A stretch of 49,174 bases of DNA, filler included, from Stramenopiles sp. TOSAG23-3 (lineage: Eukaryota), in the NCBI GenBank assembly GCA_900128585.1. It is 4 parts of 4 records of this genome, joined end to end, with 100 filler letters (N's around TTAATTAATTAA, not from the genome) between each part and the next. Parts side by side here need not be neighbours in the genome. Positions count along the whole stretch, not along the records: positions 1 to 22,471 come from LT642336.1; 3 more parts are not named here. The stretch is one strand, 5' to 3'. Of this stretch, positions 10,070 to 20,474 are shown piece by piece (position 1 is the first letter of the stretch; every line of letters begins with the position of its first letter). A model generated the notes under the pieces. The model made no database searches. It had not been told where the DNA came from and saw only the letters and a list, made by a program, of their open reading frames with translations. The position numbers and the translations under genes are program-made.

Positions 10070-12634
10070 TTACATAAGCATCGACTTTTTCCGTGCCCCT
10101 CCAACTAGCCCACCTCGGCGAATCCCTAGTGTAGTGCTGGCGTTTAACGTTGTTTTACGGAGCTTGGTAGATCTGGCCTTGCGTCCGAATCCTGAAGAAG
10201 ATTTTGCCTTCTTGATCTTTTTCTTCCGCTTGACCATTGCAGCAATTTCTTTTTCTTTGGTAGCCTTTAGCTCTTCTTCTCTGGCAACGCGTTCACGTTC
10301 TCTATATCTGTAGTTTACGAAACTTCCAAACAGGCTCCCTGGATCGATATCGTGCTCGTTTAACTGCACTTTCTTTCCTGATATCATCTCGTCCTGTTTC
10401 ATCTTCTCCATCCGTATGCACTCTATCGACGCGGAAGTCTTCGGACGAATAAACTCCGTCCTCTTGTCGTGTACTAACTGCGCCCTGTTACGTCCACTTA
10501 TCATGTTTGCACCAGTGTTTTTGGTTGGTGAAGGAGGTAGCGAGACTGTCTTAGATGTTTCGCCAAGGAGTCGCGCCTGCCTGAAATAATCTTCGACCGA
10601 TAAGGGTGCGGGGCGCTCAACTGTTGCTGGCTTCCCCATGATGGACTGTTTCGATTTAGGTTTCGAAGGCGGCTTGGGTAGCATGGGCTGCCGGACGTTC
10701 GGTGATTGCTGCGACCACGACCGCATTGGAATCGCTCTTGCATCTTTCTCGCTGTTTAAGGTTACTACTGCAAACGACTTCGAGGATTTCTTTTGCTCCA
10801 AGAAACGAGAATGTCGAATCTGACGCCGAATGTCCAGGCTAGTATAGCCATCGCCGCCATTGTCCCCATCCTCTCCAACATACTCTCGGATGCCCTCGGC
10901 TCTTGCCGCAACTGCCGCGGTCCAGCTCCTCTGGCCCCGGCTCATGCTCCTATCCTGCCAAGTTGCAGACTTTCTCAAACCAGACGGGCCGACCGCCACG
11001 GTTTCGAACAAATCGTTGGCCGCAACAAAGAACCGTCTGTAATTGTTCACGTTCTCAAAATGAAAGTCGAGCCGAGTTTGATACAAGGCTTCGTAGTAGC
11101 TTGCAGAGTGCCTATCCGCCGAGTCGCCGACTTTCTGCTCATCGTCCCCGTCTTGAGAAACGACTGTCATCTTGCTTTCCTCCTCGCGCTCGTCGCTTTT
11201 ACTACTTGGCGACGGTTCCGTGTCCCTTAAATTGCCGTTTCCTTCGTTTGCGCTCACCTTCTCTTCGGTCACCGCGCTATCTTCTGACAAAATAGGTTCT
11301 GGAAGCACCGGGGGGAAAATACGCTTGAAATTTCTCATGACTTTCTTTTCGTGCGCAGCGCGAATCGACATCTTATTCTTTTGTTGCTTGTTTATTTTCC
11401 TCAACTGGGCCTTGTTCCCACCGCCGTACAACCTCGACTGGGCCTGCGCCGCCACTCGCTTCTTGTAGCGAGATTTGTCGTACCGGCTTGCATTGACCAG
11501 CTTGAGGGTCTCTTTGATTAACCCATGCTTGATTTCCAAGTCCAGCGGAGAGTCGCAGGTAAAGGACGGGCTGTGGTTCACTTCTATCAGTACAGGCTTC
11601 AGTTTCTCCGTGAACAATATGTCAAGGCCCAAGATTTCAAAACATGAGAAGCCGTCGTTGTCTGGGTCCATAAAGCACGAGTGGTACATGTGCGCGAGAT
11701 GTGGCTGCGCGCTTATGATCGTTTTGTTGACGACGTCCGTTACATCGTCCCACATCTTCACGTCGTCGTGGCCAAGGGACGCCAGGTGTTCGCGGAACCA
11801 CTTTATCGTCCGCTTGCTCCCCACTCCCGTGTTGTCCGCGCTCTGGTTCTTTTCAAACTTGTTGGACGATTTGTTGATGGCGTAGTTCGTCAGGTGCATC
11901 CGCGTCTTACTAAAATTTTTCGTTGTCGGCGCAACGTACTTCTTCGTACACAAGCGCACCAGCCCGTCGTCGTACAAAAATATCCTCAGGGGATCGCAGG
12001 ACAGGACCAAAACGTATATGCGAAGGTCAAACTTGTACCCGTCGATCAAAAAAGGCTTCGCCGAATACTTCTGCGCGACGTATTTCACGCCGGCCTCTAA
12101 TTTATTCACCAAATCTAGGCTGCGGGTCAGGAATATCCCTTTCCCCTGACAGGCCGCATCCGGCTTGATAATAAAGGTGCTTTTGCTCTTTCCAGTCTTC
12201 TCACTGAAATTCTTGCGAAACTCCTTCATGTCTTGGGGGAGCACCCAGGTCTTGGGGAAAAATGAATACTGCTCTGGAAATACTGCTCTAAGTCGGTTCA
12301 GTGTGATCGCCATTTGTGCCTTTCGCGCAATAATAAGCATGCCCGGGAAATGATTTATTTTCTGGTACTTTGCCAGGTACATGGCCCGCTGCGGTGCGAC
12401 GCTTGTGTCCGTCCAAAAAATAGTCCAGTCGACTTCGTCGTCGTCGTCACACTCTACCCACCCCTTCCCTTTTATGACCTTCCTGATGACATCGTACTTG
12501 CAATTTGTTAAATTAATGTAAAACGTCGGCTTCGTAGATTTCTTCTTTTTCTTGACCACCTTGACCTTGTCATCCTCCTGTTTTGCACCCTTGACCTTCC
12601 TATTGGTATCTACGGTGCGCTTCTTAGACGGCAT
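10070..12634 (-). CDS. TTLL6: Tubulin polyglutamylase, TTLL6/TTLL13 family
   Basis: TTL motifs KINHFPGM, FIIKPDAACQGKGIFL, KFDLRIYVLV, MHLTNYAINK, CFEILGLDIL, IEVNHSPSF; first ATG 12634. Confidence 0.92.
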   Translation of the reverse strand: MPSKKRTVDTNRKVKGAKQEDDKVKVVKKKKKSTKPTFYINLTNCKYDVIRKVIKGKGWVECDDDDEVDWTIFWTDTSVAPQRAMYLAKYQKINHFPGMLIIARKAQMAITLNRLRAVFPEQYSFFPKTWVLPQDMKEFRKNFSEKTGKSKSTFIIKPDAACQGKGIFLTRSLDLVNKLEAGVKYVAQKYSAKPFLIDGYKFDLRIYVLVLSCDPLRIFLYDDGLVRLCTKKYVAPTTKNFSKTRMHLTNYAINKSSNKFEKNQSADNTGVGSKRTIKWFREHLASLGHDDVKMWDDVTDVVNKTIISAQPHLAHMYHSCFMDPDNDGFSCFEILGLDILFTEKLKPVLIEVNHSPSFTCDSPLDLEIKHGLIKETLKLVNASRYDKSRYKKRVAAQAQSRLYGGGNKAQLRKINKQQKNKMSIRAAHEKKVMRNFKRIFPPVLPEPILSEDSAVTEEKVSANEGNGNLRDTEPSPSSKSDEREEESKMTVVSQDGDDEQKVGDSADRHSASYYEALYQTRLDFHFENVNNYRRFFVAANDLFETVAVGPSGLRKSATWQDRSMSRGQRSWTAAVAARAEGIREYVGEDGDNGGDGYTSLDIRRQIRHSRFLEQKKSSKSFAVVTLNSEKDARAIPMRSWSQQSPNVRQPMLPKPPSKPKSKQSIMGKPATVERPAPLSVEDYFRQARLLGETSKTVSLPPSPTKNTGANMISGRNRAQLVHDKRTEFIRPKTSASIECIRMEKMKQDEMISGKKVQLNEHDIDPGSLFGSFVNYRYRERERVAREEELKATKEKEIAAMVKRKKKIKKAKSSSGFGRKARSTKLRKTTLNASTTLGIRRGGLVGGARKKSMLM

Positions 12635-13472
12635 ACTCACTCAACTCAAAGGCCAGCGGCACAAGAAAACACTCTCTCTTCTATTTCCTGTCGAATCTCC
12701 GTGTACCCCACACTTACAAGGACGTTCACCACACAGCAAATTCAATCGTTCCGATCTCAAAGAATCAAATCAATAATATTAAGAAAACGCAAGTAAAAAC
12801 AATTTGAATCAGTTGAACATTCATTCTCCATACACATTTAAAAGAAACTTAGAGAATCAGTTGTATGTATCTGTCTACTAACTACAAAAAGTGTAATAAA
12901 TAACGAATAATAATTTTTATTATTATTTTTTTATTTTATTAAAAAATTAATCGATAAAAAAATCATCTCAATCAGAAAAAAAAGCAGCTGCGTTGAGAAG
13001 AACAAAAAATATTATAAATATAATACACTACACAGTATAAGAAGTCAATTATAAAAAAGAAAGTAGGAGGAGGAGAGAAAAGGTGTAACCCCATTTAATT
13101 ATCACAATGCTCTGTTGTTATATAAAATATAACGAATAAAACAAAAAGAAGAAAGGGGAGTAAGATTATTAATCCTATATTAATATTATTACAATACAAT
13201 ATATATGTATTTATTATTATATTATAACTATAATTAAAATGTGAAGATAGATAGGTATGAGTAAATTACACATCTTCTATCTCGTCCTCCTCCAAGAGCT
13301 TAATAGTTTACATTTCAAATATATTATCAACTCAAACTATTCATATACGACTAGAGTCTTTCTTCACCTTTTTTCCCGTAATGAAATCAAACCTGCACTA
13401 AGACGTTCGTTTTTCCACCATCTAATGGTCCACTTGTCCCGTTGTACTCCAAAACGGGGTGTACGCCTTCCT

Positions 13473-13694
13473 TCATACGACCCCAAAAACTAGAACTAAT
13501 ACGACGACTACCACATTCAAAAGGAGCACCAGATTGTGCAAAAAGCGAAACTCCCTTAAACGTTCCAATACTGGCCGAGGCAGGTTCTTTATTATCAGCT
13601 GTGATATTTTACTATTTGAGCTCTCTACATTTATAACACATGCGGCATTCGCAATCAACGTCCCCGCGATCAGGAATCCCATTAAAGTTAACAT
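13473..13694 (-). CDS. SMIM7: Small integral membrane protein, SMIM7-like (73 aa)
   Basis: From ATG 13694: MLTLMGFLIAGTLIANAACVIN...LERLREFRFLHNLVLLLNVVVVVLVLVFGVV. Two hydrophobic ends, and GTLIANAACVIN resembles the SMIM7 GTLLMNAGAVLN block as recalled. Confidence 0.7.
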   Translation of the reverse strand: MLTLMGFLIAGTLIANAACVINVESSNSKISQLIIKNLPRPVLERLREFRFLHNLVLLLNVVVVVLVLVFGVV

Positions 13695-13925
13695 TGTTAA
13701 AGCAGTTTCCGGTGTTCCCAGATCTGAAACGACTAGCAACCTCACGAACCACTCACTTCTCACCTTAAAGTAATTAACACGAATAGAATATAATCCCAAC
13801 CCCTAAACTTTTCATCTATAAGAAGAAAACTTCCTTTGTGGCACTAAGCAATCTTCGTTTTCCTAATCTACTTATGTGTGTTGTGTACGTTAACAAATCA
13901 ATTTTCAAAAAATCAAATGATGGAG

Positions 13926-14109
13926 TGAAAAAAAAGATAATAGAGAAGAAAAGAAGAAGGAAAAAAACAACACAAAAAAAACAACAAGAAGAAGAAGAAG
14001 AAAGAAAAAAAAAGAGAAGAAGAAAAAAGAGAAGAAGAAAAAAGAAAAGAAAGAAGAAGAAGAAAGAAAAAAAAGGGGGAGGAGGAGAGAGGAGGGAAAA
14101 GAGAAAAAA
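13926..14109 (+). repeat. A/G-rich low-complexity tract
   Basis: Direct reading; produces spurious K/R/E and F/L/S ORFs. Confidence 0.9.
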
Positions 14110-14274
14110 ACCTCCAATCACCACTATTAATTATATTATTAGTGTCTATTATTGTATTATTTATTATTCAATAAAATTAGAGTCTATTATTTATATCTAT
14201 TGTATTGGCATTATCATCAACCACTTTCCACCTTTTTTATTTTAGGAAGGACTGACTGATGATGGACTCACTTA

Positions 14275-14367
14275 NNNNNNNNNNNNNNNNNNNNNNNNNN
14301 NNNNNNNNNNNNNNNNNNNNNNNNNNNNNNNNNNNNNNNNNNNNNNNNNNNNNNNNNNNNNNNNNNN
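14275..14367. other. Assembly gap (93 N, no linker)
   Basis: Run of N. Confidence 0.99.
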
Positions 14368-14869
14368 GTCTTGTATTGTTGCTATAAAATATAAAATATT
14401 TAAATCATCTTTTCATTCCTTCCTTTTTTTTATTATATTTATTATTTTTTTGAAGAGAGGAATCGTACTGTAGTAGTTAGTAGTGTACAGTACATTATAC
14501 TAATTATTTTGATAATAATACATAATATTTAATTCTGTAATACTATTACGAGTATATATTACCACAACAACAACAGACGACAAAAAAAAGCAGAAGAAAG
14601 ATTTTTTTTAATTACTACTGTATTATTTTTTTTTTTTTTTTAAATATAATAATAATTTTTGTCTTTCTTCTCCTCCAACACCTACTCCTCCCACCGTCTT
14701 TATGATAATATCTTATTTTACAATTTAACATGTATTGAAAGAAAGAATGCATACCCTCGATCGCGTTACTATTTAGTACATAGTTGCTGGGTTTGAGGAC
14801 GTTGAACAATTGGAAGAAGAGCGTCTTTATCCCTGTTGGTATTCTTGTAGGGTACAGTACCAAGTAAAG

Positions 14870-15676
14870 ATGTCAGGCCCTTCCGACCCTTCGGCAGGCT
14901 CCGATGCCACCGGCTCGGCGTCGAACAGTAGTGAAAAGCCCGCCGGCAACGAAAGCAGAACCGACGATTCTAGCGTTAAATTTATTAACAGTCTGAGCGT
15001 GTCCCTCAGTCGTCACATCGTGAAGAATAGTCAAGAATATGATTCAAGAGTTATTTTACCGCCCGCCTTAAGTTTGAGTAGAAAGCGAGCGGCGACCTCG
15101 AATATTCGTCACTACTTCACGTACAAGAAGCCTCGGGTTTCCCAGCAGCTAGGTCAGGCAATCAAAAGCATCATACGGCGGAGAATAATTTCTGCCAACC
15201 TTTCTGGGGATGGCGGGAAAAATCGTGCAAGAAGTGATAGCTTTGGAAACACCGACTCCATTCTTCCAGCCGAGGGTGGGAGTGCTGCCAAAGCTGTAGA
15301 CGTTGAAGCGTCTTCCCAGGCTGCTGAGCAGCAATCGCAGGAAGAGGTGAACGTAAAGAACGAAACTAGCGATCTGTACACGGAGGAAGATTTGATCAAA
15401 GTGAACTTAGAGATTGAAACGTTGTCCAAAAGTATCGTGGAGTTGAAGGCTAAGAAAAAGGAGCAATTTCTAGAGCTTAAGGCGATGCTTACGGCGGAGA
15501 GAAAGCGGCAAAAGCGGGCCGCCGAGGAGGCTGCTGAAAGGCACAGGCAACTTGCTCTGGCTGCCGCGTCTGCTGCAGAGTCGTTACAGGTAGAAAACGC
15601 TCCAATGCGTGCTATGATGGCCAATAAGCCCGGGAACCCCATGCCTCTAAATAACCATGGGCGGCCGAAACAGTAG
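14870..15676 (+). CDS. Coiled-coil protein, candidate GPS2-like
   Basis: ORF from ATG 14870 (track starts at TTG 14810); segments KKPRVSQQLGQAIKSIIRRR and IVELKAKKKEQFLELKAMLTAERKRQK. Confidence 0.75.
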   Translation: MSGPSDPSAGSDATGSASNSSEKPAGNESRTDDSSVKFINSLSVSLSRHIVKNSQEYDSRVILPPALSLSRKRAATSNIRHYFTYKKPRVSQQLGQAIKSIIRRRIISANLSGDGGKNRARSDSFGNTDSILPAEGGSAAKAVDVEASSQAAEQQSQEEVNVKNETSDLYTEEDLIKVNLEIETLSKSIVELKAKKKEQFLELKAMLTAERKRQKRAAEEAAERHRQLALAAASAAESLQVENAPMRAMMANKPGNPMPLNNHGRPKQ

Positions 15677-15963
15677 TAAAGAAGTTATTTAAAGACACGA
15701 AAGGAAGTAAAACATTTTTAAACCACAATAAATGAATTAAAAACGTATTACGAGTGTAACGTTTTACGCATTTTGGTTTTTTCATTTTTTTAATCATATG
15801 ATACAAATTTATTTTTTCAAAAGAGACCAAAATTAAAATTTTTAGAATTTACGAGTGTAATAAGAAGTGTACTTCGTAAGAATTATTAAATAAAAACGTA
15901 TACATATATTATTGTAACTCCTACGCATTTTGCTCTAATTTTTAAGAATTCTTTTTTTAGAGG

Positions 15964-16004
15964 AAAATGAGAGTCTTAAAACATACTATATAATTTGTTT
16001 TTTA
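15964..16004 (-). repeat. Dispersed 3'-end element A, copy overlapping the TPR gene stop
   Basis: Minus strand AAAAAACAAATTATATAGTATGTTTTAAGACTCTCATTTT; the 23-mer core is identical to 49066-49088. Confidence 0.85.
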
Positions 16005-19000
16005 TTAAATATTTTTCCAACGGGTGTCCCTGACTTCAGGTCGATGTTTGGGTTTGCAATTTTCGCTGGTCCAGAGACGCTATCCTTCTCTTTATTCTTG
16101 GCCAAACGAGCGCGCAACTCTGCAATTCGCTCTTTTCGCTTTTGGGTCAACTCTACCTGCATGCGCTTGTATTCGGATAGTTTCGCTAGTGCACCTTTTA
16201 CGTCGCCTTCAGATTTCAATTTTAATGCCTCTGCCTTGGTCTGCTTTGCAAGCTTTTCAAATGCTTGCAGCTGATCAAAAACTGGTAAGGACTGGGGCGA
16301 GGCGGGTTTCAAACGAGGGCTGTCCGCTGGACCTTTAGAACCCGGTTTTTTGCTAGCCGCGGCCGGGTATATCTTCGTCTGTGGCATCGTTAGCACTGCG
16401 TCGCCCGACGGGCCGCTAGTTGTAACTTTTGGTATTCCATTGGTTTCAGAGGTTGTACCCACCGCCGCTGGGGGACTCTCGGTCGAGGGCTTCGTAGGGG
16501 CGTCGCCGCGGGCCGACTCGTGCAGAGACGCGGCTTCATTTCCTTGCTTTTCTTCCCGCTCTCTAGACTTTTTTCCCTTCTCTTCTCCCTTCTTTTTCCT
16601 GCGCCCAGCTTTCTTTTCCTTCGATTTCCTTCTCTCTGCTTTGTCTTTTTTTCTCTGTTCCTTTTTTCTTCTCTTCTCTTCCTTCGACACTGAATGCTTT
16701 GACTCTGACGTGCTGCTTTGCTTTTTCTTGCTTTCACTGCTCTTGCTTCTGCCTTTGCTCGTCTTTTTTCCCGAGGCGTCCTCGCTTCTGCCCGTTTTAC
16801 TGCCTGTTCTGCCATCTTTTTTACGAGAATCTTGCACGTTCTTCAACAAGTTCTCGAGCACCAACTCTTTCGATTGCTGCAGAGCGATCTCAAATTTCTT
16901 CACTGACCTGTGATCCTTCAGCGACTCGTCGTGTTCCATCAGTTCCACTGCTTTGCGAATCATGTGATCGCCTTTTGACACCTGCCCGGCAGCCTTCAAA
17001 CATAGTCCCATATTGCCGAGAGTGTTCAGCGTGTCCCTTGCGTTAGGGCCCAAGGTTTCACTGTACCCTTTCAGCGCTCGCTCGTACAGTGGAATGGCAG
17101 CCTTTATTTTCCCCTGCGCCTTCAGAAGGCGGGCAAGTGTGTCGACGCACAGCAGAGTTATTGGATCTTTTCGTCCTATTGTTTTGTCGAATCCTGCTAA
17201 AGCACGCTTGTACAAACGTTCGGCTTCCTTCAACTTCCCCTCCGAGTAACAAACTGCCGCTAAGTTAGAAACAGATCGCAGGGTGTCGACATGGTCGGGG
17301 CCAAGGACCTTCTCCCTCCCTCGGAGAGCTTTCCGCTGCAGTCGCTCCGACTCCTTTGAGTCGTTCATTTGGTACAAACATGCCCCCAAGTCGCAGATGG
17401 ACCGGAGGGTGTCTTCATGGTGCTTGCCTAACGTTTCTATTCTCCCGGTCATCGCCCTTTCGAAATACTGTTTTGATTGCTCGTTGCTCTCTCCATCCAG
17501 TAAGCAGGACGCGAGGTCGGAAACGGTCTGAAGGGTTTGCCTATGGTCTGGCCCTAGAGTCTCCTCCCGGCCTTCTAAAGCACACATGAAAATTCCAACG
17601 GCCTCTTCCGATTTGCCAAGATCGTGGCACACAGTTCCCAACCGATTCAACGTTTGAAGGGTCAACCTATCCTTCAAGCCCAGCGTTTCAATGCGGCCTT
17701 CCAAGACGCGACGATACAATGCCTCTGCCTCAGGAAATTGCTTTCGAAGTTGGAGGAGGGATGCCAAATTATGCATGGACAGTAAAGTGTGGGCATGATG
17801 GGGGCCATCGTTCTTTTCGAAGCCTTCTATGGCTCGCCTGTACAAGTTTTCGGATTCGTGGTGCTTGCCTTGCTTCTGGCAAAACACCGCAAAATTGTTC
17901 ACCGATAGCAAAGTCTTCTCGTCTTCCATCCCGAGCGATTCTTCCTGCACTACCAGCGCCCTTCTGTAGAACACTTCGGCCTCTACGGCATTGCCGAGAC
18001 CTTGCATTACCTGTGCTAAATTTTGCATCGACACGATCGTGGAATCGTGGTCTTTTCCGTATATCATCTCGCGAAGGGACAGCGCTGTACGGCAAACTTT
18101 TTCCGCCTCTTTGAACGTTTCTGTGTGCCTCAGCATGTCCCCGAGGTCCTCTGCCAGACGGAGAGCCTTCTTCCGATCTACACGCGAACCTTTTGACGAC
18201 TTCGATACTTCATGGTGCATCATTTCGGTAAGAACGGTCGAAGACGTTCTGATGAGCCACTTTCTCATGGACTTCTCCAGTGCACGAGTGGCCCTCTTTT
18301 CACCGACGCTGTCTATAGCAGAAATTATTCTCTGGAACACCGAGGGCTCGGAGCATTGGGTTTCTTTGTAGTTGATCGTTGTTAGTGCTGCGCACACCTC
18401 AGGGAACCTTTCAAGCAGGCTGTTGTGTAATTCAAAAAGTGCTTTGCCTGGCAGAAAAACTTCTAAATGTTTCTTCGCGCTTAAGGCGCAAAGAATTTCC
18501 CATAGGCACCACGTCCTATTGAGCGCTAAATGTGTGTCCCAAGGACCCAAGACAAGTACGACATGGTCGATGTTTTTGATAGCATCGCGTGTCTTGATCT
18601 CGACGTCGTCCAGCCTTTGGTTGATGTGGGCTTCGTGCTGGTGCAACGAAAAGGCATCGATCCAAAAAAATACTAAGGCGGGGTTCAAGTTGTCCGTAGA
18701 AATCATTACGTCCAGCGCGCTCACGAGGTCCGAAAACGGGGAATCCCAGGCATGGCTTACGTAGTGGGTCGCTTGACCCGTCACGAGGTTTCCGTGAAAA
18801 TCACTTTCCTCGTTTATTGCCAGAAATTCGACGTACGAAGAGCCATGCCCCGACGATCCCTCGGTGTCTATTCGAACGATGTGTTCGACTACCTCACGAG
18901 TCGTGGTCGACCCTTTCACCCTACTGTACATGGTGTGAAGAAATCGTATGCTGACCCCCAACTTCGACCAACCCAAAGGCCACTTCTTATTATTTTTCTT

Positions 19001-19363
19001 CTGGCTGTCCGATTCCCTTTTCTTCAACTTCTTTTCCCGTTTCTGCTTCCTGTTATCTAGGTGCTTCTTTACATGGTGCCCCTTGTGCTTATGCTTCTTC
19101 TTTTTCGCCGCGATTTGCATCTCCTCTTCCTTGTCTCCATCAGGCGGGGACTTTGACGAGGTCGACTCTCTGCGCTTCCGAAGCCTGACTTCCAGCTGAG
19201 CTTTTGCCAGCGACTGCCGAAAATCTCGCTTCTCGGATATTTTCTTTGTTGAGTCACCATGCTTCGATACCACCCTCCGTATTGTGTCCGTCAAGCTGTT
19301 TTCATGCTGCAGCACACTTGGTTTGTTCGGCGAGCGAGGAGCTTTTGACCCGTTCGCCCCCAT
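15986..19363 (-). CDS. HET-like domain plus kinesin-light-chain/NPHP3-type TPR array protein, predicted N-myristoylated
   Basis: MGANGS start; YVSHAW, FFWIDAFSLHQH and NRTWCLWEI motifs; about ten 42-aa TPRs (e.g. LGPDHVDTLRSVSNLAAVCYSEGKLKEAERLYKRAL); Lys/Ser-rich tail. Confidence 0.88.
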   Translation of the reverse strand: MGANGSKAPRSPNKPSVLQHENSLTDTIRRVVSKHGDSTKKISEKRDFRQSLAKAQLEVRLRKRRESTSSKSPPDGDKEEEMQIAAKKKKHKHKGHHVKKHLDNRKQKREKKLKKRESDSQKKNNKKWPLGWSKLGVSIRFLHTMYSRVKGSTTTREVVEHIVRIDTEGSSGHGSSYVEFLAINEESDFHGNLVTGQATHYVSHAWDSPFSDLVSALDVMISTDNLNPALVFFWIDAFSLHQHEAHINQRLDDVEIKTRDAIKNIDHVVLVLGPWDTHLALNRTWCLWEILCALSAKKHLEVFLPGKALFELHNSLLERFPEVCAALTTINYKETQCSEPSVFQRIISAIDSVGEKRATRALEKSMRKWLIRTSSTVLTEMMHHEVSKSSKGSRVDRKKALRLAEDLGDMLRHTETFKEAEKVCRTALSLREMIYGKDHDSTIVSMQNLAQVMQGLGNAVEAEVFYRRALVVQEESLGMEDEKTLLSVNNFAVFCQKQGKHHESENLYRRAIEGFEKNDGPHHAHTLLSMHNLASLLQLRKQFPEAEALYRRVLEGRIETLGLKDRLTLQTLNRLGTVCHDLGKSEEAVGIFMCALEGREETLGPDHRQTLQTVSDLASCLLDGESNEQSKQYFERAMTGRIETLGKHHEDTLRSICDLGACLYQMNDSKESERLQRKALRGREKVLGPDHVDTLRSVSNLAAVCYSEGKLKEAERLYKRALAGFDKTIGRKDPITLLCVDTLARLLKAQGKIKAAIPLYERALKGYSETLGPNARDTLNTLGNMGLCLKAAGQVSKGDHMIRKAVELMEHDESLKDHRSVKKFEIALQQSKELVLENLLKNVQDSRKKDGRTGSKTGRSEDASGKKTSKGRSKSSESKKKQSSTSESKHSVSKEEKRRKKEQRKKDKAERRKSKEKKAGRRKKKGEEKGKKSREREEKQGNEAASLHESARGDAPTKPSTESPPAAVGTTSETNGIPKVTTSGPSGDAVLTMPQTKIYPAAASKKPGSKGPADSPRLKPASPQSLPVFDQLQAFEKLAKQTKAEALKLKSEGDVKGALAKLSEYKRMQVELTQKRKERIAELRARLAKNKEKDSVSGPAKIANPNIDLKSGTPVGKIFNKKQII

Positions 19364-20474
19364 GTTTTATATTAACCCGGATACTCCTTTGTGCCTAGAT
19401 AGTTTTGCTCATACCGAATTATGCCCCTGTAGCCATTCTCTCCTGTTGTAGTTTTTGGAATACAACCGTGCAAAGTAAGCCACTGCAGCGGTTTTGATTC
19501 TTTCTGGGTAAAATCCTATTCACAAATACGCGGAAACGATACATACGAAACGATGGCAGATCGTTTTCTGGCAAATTTTATTCCGGGGGTTCATTATGGA
19601 ATGGGGTAGGGTGTATTGCCATTTTACTTTATTACAGTAATACGAGGAGTTAATTTAATTTATTATTTATTTGTTTTTTATAAAATAATATTTCTTATAT
19701 TTTATTATTTTTATTATTATAGCTTATTAGAAGACGACTATGAAAATGTGGTGATGATGGTGTGATGATTTTGAGATGTTTTTGTTTGTTTAGAACTGCT
19801 GGCTGATGTTATGAACCCGTTTTTTTCATCCTCGTTTTCGTAGACTAGTTGACCCTTTTTTTTTAAATAGTCGTTCTTCTAAAATATATTTCATTCTGAA
19901 CACTGTACATACATACCTACCGTACCGTACTGGTACAATCGTTACATGCAAATACCAGCAACCAACTGCAACGCTTCTGCACCTAATAATGTACATTAAT
20001 GAACATGAGCTGAGCTGAGCGAGCGTGTAACTCCGTAGGTACTCCGTTTGAAACCAAACAAGATGAGTTTCTTTTGTAAATGTAGTATTTATATCCTTAA
20101 AATCGTTAGGACCTTATATTCAATTTTTTCTTCCGTTTTTTTTTCTTTCTTCTTCTCTTGTTTTCTTGTTCTTGTTCTTGCTTTTTTTGCCACCGCCGAA
20201 GAAAGAAAACCCCATTATTATAATACTGCTGTATAATAAAATCGATTGTTTGCATTAATAATCAAACAGCAGTTTATCTATCACCAAGGCAGAATTTCGG
20301 TCGATCAGAAAAGTCTTCATGATATATACGTGGAAAGCTTAAAGCAAAAATTCGTGAACCAGAGCAAATCAGCCGTTTTGGGGAAATCGTTTATTTCCGT
20401 GTTTTCTTTGTGTATGTGAAGGTCAGGCCCGTCGAAACAATGGTATCCGTTTGAAACACTTTGTCCAAGACAAC

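Noticed and set aside
1812-12634. Functional cluster of ciliary genes
   Set aside because: Only TTLL6/13 has an established ciliary link; the neighbours are unrelated or unknown.
13816-14245. Lys/Arg-rich and Phe/Leu-rich ORFs (similar cases at 723-1546, 23470-23730, 28146-28392)
   Set aside because: Low-complexity AT/purine tracts with no coding-like composition.
14840-14870. Pyrimidine-AG acceptor-like sites shortly before ATGs (also near 23858, 34520, 45483) suggesting 5'-UTR introns or trans-splicing
   Set aside because: Such sites are common by chance in T-rich DNA, and no donor or spliced leader was identified; this needs transcript data.
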